From assembly GCA_050084985.1 (NCBI GenBank), contig JBITNC010000001.1:67084001-67148000 (forward strand): a stretch of 64,000 nt of DNA. Reading direction: 5' to 3'. The notes below the pieces were generated by a model. The model was not told the origin of the DNA and did not search any database. It worked only from the letters and a program-made list of their open reading frames with translations. This DNA is from Nageia nagi (taxonomy: Eukaryota; Plantae; Pinophyta). A program made the position numbers and the translations under genes. This document shows, in pieces, positions 12,401 through 25,236 of the stretch. Position 1 is the stretch's first letter. Every line of letters begins with the position of its first letter.

Positions 12401-15400
12401 TCAAGGTCCTCATAGTGTATATTGAAGGCTTCTCAACAAGAGATAAGTAGTGCACATTATGGATAAAAGGAAGGATCTTCAAACTTATTTTTGACTTGTG
12501 GAAACTATGATTAGAATTCGCAAGAGACATGGATATTTGATACGGACTTCTCCAACCACATGACCGATAATGGGGAGTTGCTTTCTACATTGGATAACTC
12601 CTACAAGTGCAGGACTAAGCTTGGAGATGGAAAAACATTGCAATTTGAAGTCATTGGAGCCACGAATATGAATACTAATGAAGATACCAAGAAGGTAAAT
12701 GACATATACTACACTCCATATCTGAAACAAAACTTATTGAGTGTTGGTCATATCATGTAAAAAAAATATAAGTTAGTGTGTGAATATGGTAAATGTGTAA
12801 TTTTTGATAAAAATTACATGACAATAGGTTGGTCACTACAGTTCCAATGAGTAAAAATCGATTGTTTCCTCTAAAATTTGAAGCACAAGGAGCCCAACTT
12901 GCAAATGTAGCCATTGAAAACAGAAGTTGGCTATGGCACTAAAGATATTTTCATTTGAATTTTACTAGTTTGAGATTGTTTGAGATACAGGCTGCCTAAG
13001 GTTCAAGATCATAAAGATGTTTGTGAAGGTTATGCTTAAGGAAAAAACTCAAGTTCAAGTTTTCCAAGAGGAAGAGCTTGGAGAGCACCCTTTCCACTCC
13101 AATTGGAGCATTTCGATATATGTGGGCCATAGCAAACTCAAAATTTGGGTAAGAATCCATACTTTCTTACTTATATAAATGATTATTCAAGAATGTGTTG
13201 GGTCTATTTGTTAAAGACCAAACATGAGGTACTTGATTGTTTTCAAATTTTCAAAAATTATGTTGAAAATCAAAATGGATACCATGTAAAATGCTTAAGG
13301 ATTGGTAAAGGAAGTGTATTTTCTTCAAATCAATTCCTCCAATTTTGTAAAGATTGTGGAATTAAAAAGCAACTCATTCTTTCCTATGCTCCACAATAAA
13401 ATGGTGTGGTTGAACGTAAAAATAAAACCATTATTAAGATGGCTAGGAGCATGCTTCAAAAAAAGAAATTGACCAATATGTATTAGGATGATGCGGTTAA
13501 GACAATAATCTATATTTTGAATAGAAGTCCTACTAGCACCTTCGATGGCATCACTCCATATGAAGCATGGCATTAAAAGAAACCAAAAGTAAATCATTTT
13601 AGAGTTTTTAATTACTAAGCTTATGCACAGAAGAAAACTTGATCTAAAAAGTGAAGCATGAATCTTTATTGGGTATTGTGAAAATACCAAAACCTATAGG
13701 CTTATTGGAAAGAAGCCTAAATTGATTCATTATTGAACATGAAGGGTTTATACAATGTCAGAAAGCATTTCTCTACAATAATGGTATCAAGCATAAACCC
13801 TAATTATTAAATATCATTAACTATTAACTAGGCTATAATTATTAAATGGACTTTACATTATCGTAGATACCTAATGTGTTTAATGTATATTAATGTATTA
13901 TTTCTAATACCCTGCATAATAAATTAGGTCTCTAGCGAAGAGGAGAGGAAGCACCAAAAGTATTTAAACTTTTCATTATTAAGAGATTTGGTGAAGACAT
14001 CTACAATTTACTTCTTCGTGAAAACGTAGTGGAGCTGAATGTTGTGTAATGAAACATGACCTCAAATGAAGTGCACTTCTATCCCAATTTGTTTGGTGCA
14101 CTTGTGAAAACAACGATTTCAAACTAATTTCAATACACCTCGATTGTTGTAATGCAGAATAGTATAAATAGAGAGAAGTAGTTGGGGATGTGTATTCTTC
14201 GGGTAGGGATATAGTAGGGGCATGCTCCTCCACCTCTTCCTCTTCATGTGGGAGAGAAGCGAACCCTACTACTATTGAATGTATAACCCCCATTCATATC
14301 ATTGAAAGGAACCCTATCCATTCCTATTTGGGGAGATGCATGAATAGCCAATCATAGATCAAGCAGATGCTTATTCATACCTACCTAAAAGAGTTGGTTG
14401 TGCTCACTTCCAATTTCGAATCCAATCAGTTGACTCACCAATGGTAATAGTAGTTAGGAGGGGATATAGAGCATTAAGTTAACCACCCCTATTTATTTTG
14501 TATCAGGAAATCAATGGATGGAATGGAATAGAGTACATCTCTAGTAATAGTTGAGTGCCATTTCTCTAGAATTGCCCCTCAAAACAATAGAAGATGTTAT
14601 ATGAAATAAATCACCGCCCTACTATTATGAGGCATGATTAGCCGAGAAGAACCTCATGCATGTTAGGAGAAGAAATACGAACTAAAGCATCCATTTGCCT
14701 TAAATTGTAGGTTGCTTTTGCGAATATCTCTATAAAAATGTGATGTAACCATACTACTTCACAAACAATATCTCCTACAACAAGGTAATTCGACTCTATG
14801 CTAGACTTGGATGTGATGTTTTGCTTCTTGCTACCCCATGAAATAGGTCTAGATACAAGGAAGAATACATATCCCATCGTCGATCTTCAATCATCCAAGG
14901 ATCCTCCATAATCTAAATCCAAACCAAATGAACTTATTGTTCTTCTTGTACTGTAGGACATAATCATCGGTGCCACGAATGTACTTTAAAAAAAAAATTA
15001 TCATGGTCTAATGGGTCTTCTTTGGTTCATGCATAAATATTGAAAGATAGTTGATGACATAGCAAATATTTGGCCTAGTGTATGCAAGCTAAATAAACTC
15101 TCCAATCAACTAACGGTAGAGAGTTGCATTTACCAATGGAGAACAATCATGGTGTGAAAAGTGTAAACTAGGTTCAATTGGCATGGACATTGGGTCACAT
15201 TTTGTCATCCCAAATTTCTCCAATAAAGTCTTAATGTACTTCATTTGTGAAACAAATATATGGTCTTGCATCTTCCATACTTCTAATCAAAGGTAATAGT
15301 GAAGTAAACCAAGGTTGACCATGTCAACTGATTGTTTAATATCATCTTTACAAGATATGATTAAATCCTTAATGCTTCTTGTGATAACCAGATCATCTAC

Positions 15401-16899
15401 ATAAACTACAACTATGACAATCTCCCCCATGTTATCGAAGGTAGAGGTTAGGATCATATAAAATCCTATTCAGATTATGTTGTAGTATGTGGGAATCAAT
15501 TTTCATGTATCAGGCTCATGGAGCTTGTTTCAAGCCATACAAAGACTATTGCAGCTCTTTGGATTATTGCATGTAGACTTCTTCCTCTAAATCTCCATTC
15601 AAGAAGGTGCTCTTCACATCCATCTAGTGCACTTTCCAACCAAATTATGTTGCCATTCCAACATCAATACTAATGGTCTTCGTCTTGGTCATGGGAGCAA
15701 AAGTCTCCTTATAGTTGATACCTTCGTGTTGAGCATAACCTTTAGCAACAAGTTGGGCCTTGTGCTTATTGAGTGTACCATTCGCTTTGTACTTGGTTTT
15801 GAACACCCACTCGCATCCAATGGCCTTTACCACCTTCCATGTACAATTTTTCATCAATGCATCATAACCAACTTGCATGGCTAATTTCCAATACGGTAGC
15901 TCTATAGCTTCACAACCCGTTTCAAGTTCAAGTGTTCACATTTGTGCTCATCAATGCCATATTCACTTCCTCACAAGCCATGCTTCGTATCCTTGGTCTA
16001 GAAGTGGAAGTATCTAGTGCACCACTCATGTTTGAGTCTTCCAATATCTTCTAGTACCACTTAGGTCTTCTGACATTTTGAGGTGGCAAATTCACAACTG
16101 GAGCTACTCTGTCTTCATCTTCATCATCATAATTTATTTTGGGACCATTATCAAGTTCAATTACCTTTCCAACTAGAGTAATTGAATTTTCACCATTCTA
16201 CTCAAAGATTATATCTCTTGTTGATATAAGTCTTTTGAGTAGTAGGATCCATAAGTCTATAGGCTTTGGATTCACTGTCGTAATCGAGAAGAATGCACCT
16301 TTTTTATTTTTCATCAATCTTCTTCCTTTCCACCTTAGAAATGTGCATGTAGGTAGTACAACCAAACACTCGAAGATGTCAGATATCGGGTCGCTCTTGT
16401 GATCATGCTTCTTCAGATGTCATACCAACAAGAGCTTTTGTGGATGCCCTATTGAACAAATATGTGGTAATATTCACTACTTTAGACCAAAAAATCCCAT
16501 CCATTTTCGCATATTTCAATATGATTCTTGCCATTTCCACAATGGTTCAATTTCTCCTTTCACAAACTCCATTTTGTCATCGAGTGTAAGATGTGGTAAA
16601 CTATATGTATCCATGAAAAAATTTTAATAGTAAAGAGCACTTTCCTTAAAATATCTTAGCATTCTGTTACGGGAGCTAGAATTAAGAGAGATGAAGTAAG
16701 AGGCAATCCTAAATGTAGCAGACTAAGATGTGGGTGGAGGGTCGAAGGCACATCCTTCACCTGTAGCAAAGTAAAGCCCAATCATTTCCTTTCATTCATT
16801 CATTACTTAAAATGCACTTAGAATCGCGATTAGGCATGTAAGCGAATGGAGAAACAAAAACTATGAATGAAACTCTTTTGTCACGAAGGGAAAATAGAC

Positions 16900-17913
16900 A
16901 CAAGACCATCGGAAGCTCAAATTGAAAATACCACAGGCAATAACAGACAAAACATTGGTAAGATGACGCTATAGCCTGGTTGACAAAATACAAGTAATGC
17001 GATCAAACATAGATGATATACAGTGATGGGTGAGATTCAAATGGAAGCTTCAAGGAAGCTTAGACATAATAGCAATACCAAATGACTATATACTATTTGC
17101 CTTTGGAAATGAAGAGAATCGTAATGAATTTTTGAGTTCAACATGGTTCATTGGCAACAAAGGACTATTTCTTAAGCGATGGTAGCCAAATTTCATCCAA
17201 CAAAGGCATAGATCATGAAAGCCCTAATTTGCATCACCCCGAGAAATTTTTCAAGGAATTGGTAACTCCTTTGGAAGGTTCATAAAAACTAATGATGTTA
17301 CAAAATCCTGAAACAGAATTATCACAACAAGATTTTGTCTTATGGTAGATTTTGGATTAAAGCTCCTGACATCTATCACGTTGGAAGCAAAGACATGAAA
17401 CTTTTAGCAACAGCTAAAATATGAACCAAACAATTGTCTATGTTCTCTCTGCAATCAAGTTGGCCACATTGCGAGGGCGTGCCTAAGGAGGATGCTACGG
17501 GATAAAAAAGAATGGAGAATGAAACCACCACAGGAAGAACCACACATTGAAGAAGAAGAATGAGATGACCCAGAGGAAGGTTAGATAAACCAAAATGCAA
17601 CAAAGAATGATGAACCAAGGAAGAACAACAAACATGAAAATGAAATCGAGAGCCCCCAGTGTAGAAGATTGATGACCATAGGAGAAGCCCAAAAAGACAA
17701 AATGACCAAGAATGGAAAACAATGACAAATAGAAACAGGAAAAGGCAACAAGAGGGGAAAACCTCCTTTGAAACAATAGTAACAAAAACCCCTTATCACA
17801 GACAAATTTTGACAAGGAGCACATCCAAAGGTAAAAAACCAGCAAGACAATCCCGAAGGAAGGAAATACAAAGGAACACTACGGATGCAAATAAAGGAAC
17901 TCTAAACACTTAA
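16900..17913 (+). pseudogene. LINE ORF1 (DUF4283-like region plus zinc knuckle)
   Basis: WFIGNKGLFLKRW*PNF (~17145-17195); CSLCNQVGHIARAC = CX2CX4HX4C (~17440-17482); basic tail. Start approximate. Confidence 0.75.
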
Positions 17914-17945
17914 GAGGGTAGAGCACCCACCAAAAGGGGTGCCTA

Positions 17946-20900
17946 ATGATAGTCCTCTCATGGAATGTGAGGGGTCTAAGCGACCCCTCAAAAAGAAGGC
18001 TTCTATGGGAAATATGCAGGAAATATGTGGTAGCATATGGCAGAAAATAGAAATGACATGTATACCAGTACAAGGAAACTTTTAGGTAATCATGTCCCTC
18101 TTGAATACTGAACTTTTTGAAGCCACAATAATGGAATTAAATACCAGCTTCATATGGGTTGCACTCAGACATCAAGTTGCCTAGGAAAAATTAAATACAA
18201 TCCATATCTATCCTCCAAATCGAGCAATGGGAAGACAACGGCTTTGGCGAAATTTGGAAAACATCATGAAAAATGGTGAGGAGGAACATAGGATGGTTAC
18301 AAGGGATTTCAACACCTTGTTGAACTCAGATGAAAAATCTGGCTGCAAAACAGATTGGATTCAACTAACAGGAATGGAGGACCTTCGACTACTCATTGGG
18401 ACTAGCGAATTGATGCATCTGAAATTGCATGGCACTAAATTTACTAGGAGAAATAGCCAAACTTGAGGGAAACTCATTATATGTAAACTTGACAAATCTT
18501 AGTCTCCCAAGAATGGATTAGTGAATTCCCTAACTACCAATTATGGGCCCAGCCAAGAATTGGCTCTGATCACAATGCGCTCTTCTGTGAAACAAAAGAT
18601 AGCACTGTTAAAAATGATTCATTTCGCATTTAAAATATATGGCTAAGCCACCCAAGCTTGGAAGAAAGAGTACAACAATGGTGGAACATGCACATCTATG
18701 GGAAGAAAATGTATACGGTTGCTAAAAAGTATCAAACATAAAATAACAAATCAAAATCTAGAACCGTGAAGTGTTTGGTTGAGTTGAAGAGAAGGAAATG
18801 GAAACTACTGGTCTATCTACGAAACTCAACCATGAAGAAAAGATAGTCATATGTGATATGCATAACACGATGGCCTAGGAGGAAACAAAGTGGATGCAGA
18901 AATCAAGAATTACATGGCTACAAGAAGGAGATAGAAATACATGATTCTTCAAAATGAAGACTTTCAAGAATAGAGCACATAACAAGATTGTAGAGATATA
19001 GAATGATCAGGGAGCTCTAGCATAGGATGTCAGGGAAATCAAAGACACAAGGGTAAGATTCTTTCATCATCTGCGTTCCATAAAAGAACTTAATATAGCT
19101 TAGATGGAGGAAATCTTCTGAAATATCCCACCACTAGTAACAAAGGAACAAAACAAAAGGTTGATTGCACCCTTTCACTATAGCATATAACAAAGCCCAA
19201 AGCCTAAATGACTTCCTTGCTAAATTCTTTCAAAGATATTGGTACATAGTGGGGAAGGAGGTTTCACAGGCAATAAGACAGATCCAACTGTCCGAAAAGT
19301 TATTCAAAGCCTGGAATACCACATAGTGGAAGATACAAACAAATTTAAACAATTCCGTTCGATCAGACTGTGGAATGTAGTCTATAAAATATTACCCCAA
19401 ACAATACCCAATAGACTGAAAAATGCTTCTCCTTGACCTTATTTAATCAGAACTGGGTGGATTTGTCCATGGTAGATAGATTGTGGGTGGAATAATAGAA
19501 ATAAATGAAGTACTTCACTTGGCTGAAACAAAAAATAAGGCGAGCTTCCTCCCAAAGTTGGATATGCTAAAAGCATATTATAGAGCACACTAGGCCTTCT
19601 CGAACATGATTTGTGGTAAATACGGCTTCTTAGCTGCCTTGTAGGCACGGATAAATCAATGCATCTTGATGGCAAATTTTTCAACCTTGATTAATGGGGA
19701 AGCTACGAGTATTTTCCATCCTGAAAGGGGACTTAGGCACGGAGACGCAATGTCCCAATACTTATCATTATAATTGCTAAAGCCTTGGGGAGAAGTATGG
19801 GAAATTGAAGAACAACAAGAAAAATCTGAGGATTTAGACCAGGTAATGCAAACATTATCATCACCCATAGTCAATTCGTGGATAATAGATTAATTATGGG
19901 AAAGGCGTTTATGGTAGAAGCCATAAAATTTTTGAAAATTCTACAACTCCATGAAGGAGCCTCCCAACAGAAGATATATTTTGACAAAACAAACTCTTCT
20001 ATCGACACCCTAGTAAGTTGACAAAGCAAGATTGCAGATATTTTAAAATCTAAGATTGATAGCCTCCCAACGACATACTTGGGAATGCCTTTATTTATGG
20101 AGCCCTTAAAAAACAATCTTTGGCTGACACTTGTTGAGAGATTTCTGCACAAACTCGCATATTGGAAATGAGCAATTTTGTCAATAGCCAACAAATGCTT
20201 CCTAGTGAGCACTATTCTCCAAAGCATGCATGTCTACTGTGCTTTTGCCTTCGAAATCGCAATTAGCATATGTGAGCAAATTGACCTAATCTGTAACTGA
20301 TTTCTATGAACCAAAATGGAGAAAAATAAATGAATTTCCCAGGTCAATTCGAACAAAGTGTTCAAACCAAAAGCATAAGGTGGGCTAGGCTTGAGTAACT
20401 TTCCTCGAACATGAGCACAGGTGAGAACAGGAAATGAGTACAAATATGCCAACATAAATAACTTAAAGAAGGCTCAAACTTCATCCAAACAAATCAGATT
20501 AAGTGAGAATCAGATTTCTGGAAAGGTATCTTGAAAACGATGCACTTTCCAAAAGAGTGTCACTTATAGCATTAGGGATGGGAGAGACGTGGAATTCTAG
20601 GAAGATAAGTGGATCAGTGATAAACCCTTTAAACAAAACCTAATCATGAAAGACCTTGCTAGATGGGGAAGGGACAATGTAGGCTGTAAAGCTCAATGTT
20701 ATATAGACAATGATTATGGCCAACGTCAATGGAGAATACTTAAACCTCCTGTCACAACCTTACTAGAGTTGCAAAAGTAGTTAATAATTTGTTAATAACG
20801 ACACCTTTACCTCAACACTACGGACCAAGCATCCTAAGATGGAAACCTAGAAAATGAGGTGTTTATTTGGTAAAATCTAGTTACTTGGCTCATCTTGATG

Positions 20901-22040
20901 CACAGACCAATGATTTCCCTATCAAAAAAGTCTAGGTGAAGGGGGTCACCCCGAAGGATTCTCACTTCCTTAGGTTGGTCTATAGAAAACAGATTTTCAC
21001 AATCGAAAACCTGAGGAAAAGAGGTCAAGTGCTCATCAACAGATGATCCCTATACTATAAACCCAAACAAATTGTACACCACCTTTGCAAATTTTTCATT
21101 GTCACACAGGATGGCTGGAATGGAGTCCTAGCGGATAAGAGATTTGAACCTGTTGTGCATACAACATGGTCAATTTCAAAATGGACCCCTAATGTCCCTA
21201 GAAAAGAAGAGAAACAAAAATGGGCAACGACACTCCCCTACATGCTATGGAAAATTTGAAAAGAATAGAACAAACATATATTCCAAGAAAAATAAATGCC
21301 TATTAAGAAGCTAGTCAGAAAGATCTAGTATATAGTAGATGAAAACCAAAGGGTCTACTGTAAACATGAACAGCAGGACCAAGAAAATGGTAAGGAGGGG
21401 GGGAATGAGTGCTCCACACGTGACTAACATGCGAGAAGGGAGGTTAGCCCAAAGGGAATTATGTGTGGATGGGACATGCAGACCCCCTACAGCTACCACA
21501 TATTAAGAGGAAATGGACCGTAGATTCAGTAGGCAGGTGGAAAGCTTGGATTAGACAATCTTTCAGGCGCTTTGATCACCATCTTCTTAATAGTATCACC
21601 TATAATAAGACTCTTAGTTTGCTGCATGCAGCAAGAATGATAAGGCAAAAGCGCATGGAACCTCCTATGAGGGAATTATTGAGAAGGGACCCAGAAGTAT
21701 GGAGAATTCTTTGTAATGGAGGCATTGATGGTTTTTAGGAAGCCCTAAACAGATACAATCCTAGCTGCTCCAAGCAAGTAGCTACTTCATGGGACAATGG
21801 TAGTTTTATTATGGATGGTAAATATTTTTCCTTTAACATAAAACTTATTGAGGCAACTACAGGCATGGAAAGTTTGAGATGACAATATAGAAAAGATGCA
21901 GTTGTTCTACAGGCTAGGAGTCCCCCTCCTTGAAACATGGAAGTCTGCTTATCACATTTCAACCATTCATTACCTGTGAGACGAGGCGGCAAAGGTGGTT
22001 GTGAAGCTATTCACAATGGAAGCAAGGTATATTGAATTGT
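17946..22040 (+). pseudogene. LINE ORF2 (APE endonuclease, RT, zf-RVT, RNase H-like C-terminus)
   Basis: MIVLSWNVRGLSDP at 17946; GSDH; QKSRITWLQEGDRNT; KLDMLKAY; GLRHGDAMS; QFVD; YLGMPL; GGLGL. Many disruptions; end approximate. Confidence 0.9.
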
Positions 22041-22154
22041 TTAGTGTTCATTTTGTACTATTAAATCACTTTCAAGGAAGTTGCAAAACATATTTTCAAT
22101 ATTTCATGTTCCACTCCCTAGATTCATTAGGCCCCATTGCTAAACCTTGCTCCT

Positions 22155-22988
22155 ATGGGCAATCGGGGTCGTAAAGCCCGTAGAAGCTCCTCCATGCCTA
22201 AGAAGTTAACCAGCCCCCCATTCATATAGCTTTCTTCTAATTCAACGAATCTTGCCTCAGAGGAGAAACTGCTAGAACCAGAATCAAAACCTAAGCCAGA
22301 AATAAAAATCAAGCTGATGGAATACTCAATTGATGAGGAGGAGGGGATAGACTTCAGCAGGAAAGAGTTGCAAGAGGAAAAGAAGCAAGAATCACGAAAT
22401 CCTCTAGTCACAACAGGCAGGGATGATAATACCCTTGTTGAGTTCCCTCTCTGGTCAGAGGTTGAGGATTCAAAGGAATATCGGGCTCCCCCAGAGAAAG
22501 AAGAAAATTGGAGATGACTGCCATCGAACTATGGATATTGGGAGTTAGGCTCCCACATGAGTAGCCACGATCAGTTTGAAGAGATGGAGCAATCACAATA
22601 GCATCATGTACCCCAATCACTACAAGAACAACATCCTCAGTCAGGCCGTAGCACACTCAAAACTCTTATCCTTGAGATGAGGTTTAAAAAGGTGTACAGG
22701 AAATAGAGGCACCTTGCATAATGCAGGCAGATTGCCAAGAGAGGAAACGAATGGCAAAATGTTAAGATGATCAAAAGAGCAATGAAGGCTTCCCAGTTTC
22801 CATGGTATAATAAGCTAAGATTCGAAGGAGAAAGATAGAAGGTTACTCTGGCTTCTCACCTGAAGGAAGTTCCTATACCTATTCCAATAGCAAATTAAAA
22901 AGCACTGATGGATATGGAAATGGAGCTGTTATGGGACTATTTCAACAAGAAGAACTCCAACTTTAAGATTAATCGAAGCCCAAGCTAA
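22155..22988 (+). pseudogene. Putative third ORF inside the LINE, upstream of the poly(A)
   Basis: One frame from ATG 22155 (MGNRGRKARRSS..MEYSIDEEEG..MDMEMELLWDYFNKK) to TAA 22988: 278 codons with 7 internal stops and no frameshift needed. Confidence 0.55.
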
Positions 22989-25236
22989 GCAAGTACATGG
23001 ATGATGTGATCAAGAAAAAATTAGAAACGTTGCAACCCATAGTTCTTTACTCATAGTTCAACTACGGAAAGCACAACTACAAGAAGTTTGTTTTAAATTT
23101 CTTTAACTTCCAAATGATACTCTAATGAATATCTAGACTCTTGTACATATGGGTTTTGGGCCCTATTTTCTTAAAACCCGAATAAACATTTTTTACCATT
23201 AAGAAAAAAAAAATGTTGTCAACTGTAACCAAATTCCATGTTGCTTCAGGAATGGAAAAAACTCAATTGATAAGTATTCCCCACCTTGATCTGAGCAGAG
23301 CACATGGCTATTTGTTTCTCCATAACTGACTTCAATTCCTTGAAGTAAGAAAATGTTTTATCCTTTGTCTTCAAGAAATACACACATATTTTTCTGGAAT
23401 GGTCATCAACAAATAACATGAAGTATCTAAGGCCATAAACACTAGCTCAAATTGGTCCACATAGATTAGTATGGATCACATAAAGAAGTCCTTAAGCATG
23501 ATGTGTGCTATCATCGAATGAAATTCTATGCTATTTTCCTGTTATGCAAATAGAACAAACACTAGTCGAAGTAAAATATTGAAGACCACATACCATATCC
23601 TTCTTTTGCAAAGTGATTAGGTATTTTGTATTGATGTGTCTGAATCTTTCGTGCTGAAGAAAGTTGACATTTGAAGCATGAACATTGAGTGCTTGATAGT
23701 TGGAAGGTACAAAAATAAGAATAAATATTCTCCCAACTCCTTTTCCTTTTGCTACTATTCTACATCTTTTGTACTTGTCACAAATGAAGCAAACCATTTC
23801 TCCTTTTATAGTATCAAACTCCACCTTCATATTGTTGTCCAGCATCTGCTAATTGATAGGAGGTTCTTTACGAAGCTTGGCACATACAAGAACTCTTTGA
23901 TCTGATAGTTATTCTTTCCAAGTCGAACATGAACATCACCTTTACCTTCAATATCATAAATGTGTTGTCACATAATTGACCTTAACCAGCATTTACATTG
24001 TAATCCAAAGAAAAAAACCAATCATTTCAGCCAATCATGTGCTTGCAAACATCAGAATCAATATACCAAGTGGATGAAACTAAGAGTTTTCTTGATCTCA
24101 TCATTGTTTCCACTCACCTTGAATATATCACTAACATCTTCATTCAATTCATTAAAATCAAATACAACATTGCCTTATTGTTGTCATCTTTGTTTCCACT
24201 CACTCTGATTATGAGGGTTTTGCCAGAATTCATTCATTATTGAACACAAAGGGTTTAAATACAATCTCGGGAAGCATTCCTGTATAATAATGGTATCAAC
24301 CATAAACATTAATTATTAAATATCATTAACTATTGACTAGGATATTATTATTCAATACCATTAACATTATTGTAGATACCTAATGTATTATTTCTTAGGG
24401 CTTTATAATCCAAAAAATTAGAAGGTAGTGGAGCTTCCAAACTGGTGAAAAAAATGAAGGCTCTAAATGGGTCTACAAAACTAAGTATAACAATAATGGA
24501 ACCATAGAGAGACACAAAACAAAGCTTGTGGCAAAAGGCTTCACACAAAGATATAACATTGATTATGAGGAAACCTTTGTATCAGTAGCAAGACAAGAAA
24601 CAATCAAATTGGTTCTTTCTTTAGTTTCCCATAAATGTTGGAAGGTACATCATATAGGCGTAAAGAGTGCATTCTTGAATGGCTATTTGGATAAAGAGGT
24701 TTATTTGCAACAACCTCAAGGCTTTGCAATACAAGGTAAAGAGAATCTTGTGTACAGGTTGATGAAAGCCTTATATGACCTTATGTAAGCTCCAGGTGCT
24801 CAATATTCAAGGATTGATGGGTATTTCCATCAATATGGCTTCAAAAGGAGCAAAAGTTAGCCTAACCTATACCACATGAAAGAGAGTATAAATATTCTTC
24901 TTGTTTGTTTATATGTTGATGATTAAATCTATATGGGTAGTTATTCAAAGATGAATAATGATTTCAAAAATGCGATGATGCATGAGTTTGAAATGGCAGA
25001 TCTAGACCTGATACACTATTTCCTTGGTAAGGAGGTGCATCAAAGAGAAGGAGAGATCTTCATATGCCAAACTAAATATTCCAACAATATGTTGACGAAA
25101 TTTGGCATGAAGATATCCAAACTAGTCCCCACACCAATAGCTCATGGTGAATTATAGGATAAAGATATCGAGACTACACAAGTTAATATGACCACATATA
25201 GAAGCATAGTTCGAAGCTTAATATTTATCACAAACT

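Larger units (their letters stand above)
16606..23212 (+). mobile_element. Full-length, decayed L1-clade LINE inserted in Copia integrase
   Basis: Poly(A) at ~23203-23213. TSD ATGTGGTAAACTATA (16591-16605) vs ATGTTGTCAACTGTA (23213-23227), 12/15 identical. ORF1 and ORF2 motifs as listed below. Confidence 0.92.
13703..24397 (-). mobile_element. Nested Copia with both ~200-bp LTRs; gag apparently deleted
   Basis: LTR pair 13703-~13908 and ~24212-24397 (shared ATTCATTATTGAACA..TAATGGTATCAA..TTATTAAATATCATTAACTATT..GTAGATACCTAATGT). TSD AGGCT/GGGCT. Decayed Met-PBS (CTCTGAT at ~24203). Minus-strand protease WYIDSDVCKHM, integrase, RT (CEWVFKTKY..LVAKGYAQHEGINYKETFAP) and RNase H (ISWGSKKQ). Confidence 0.92.
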
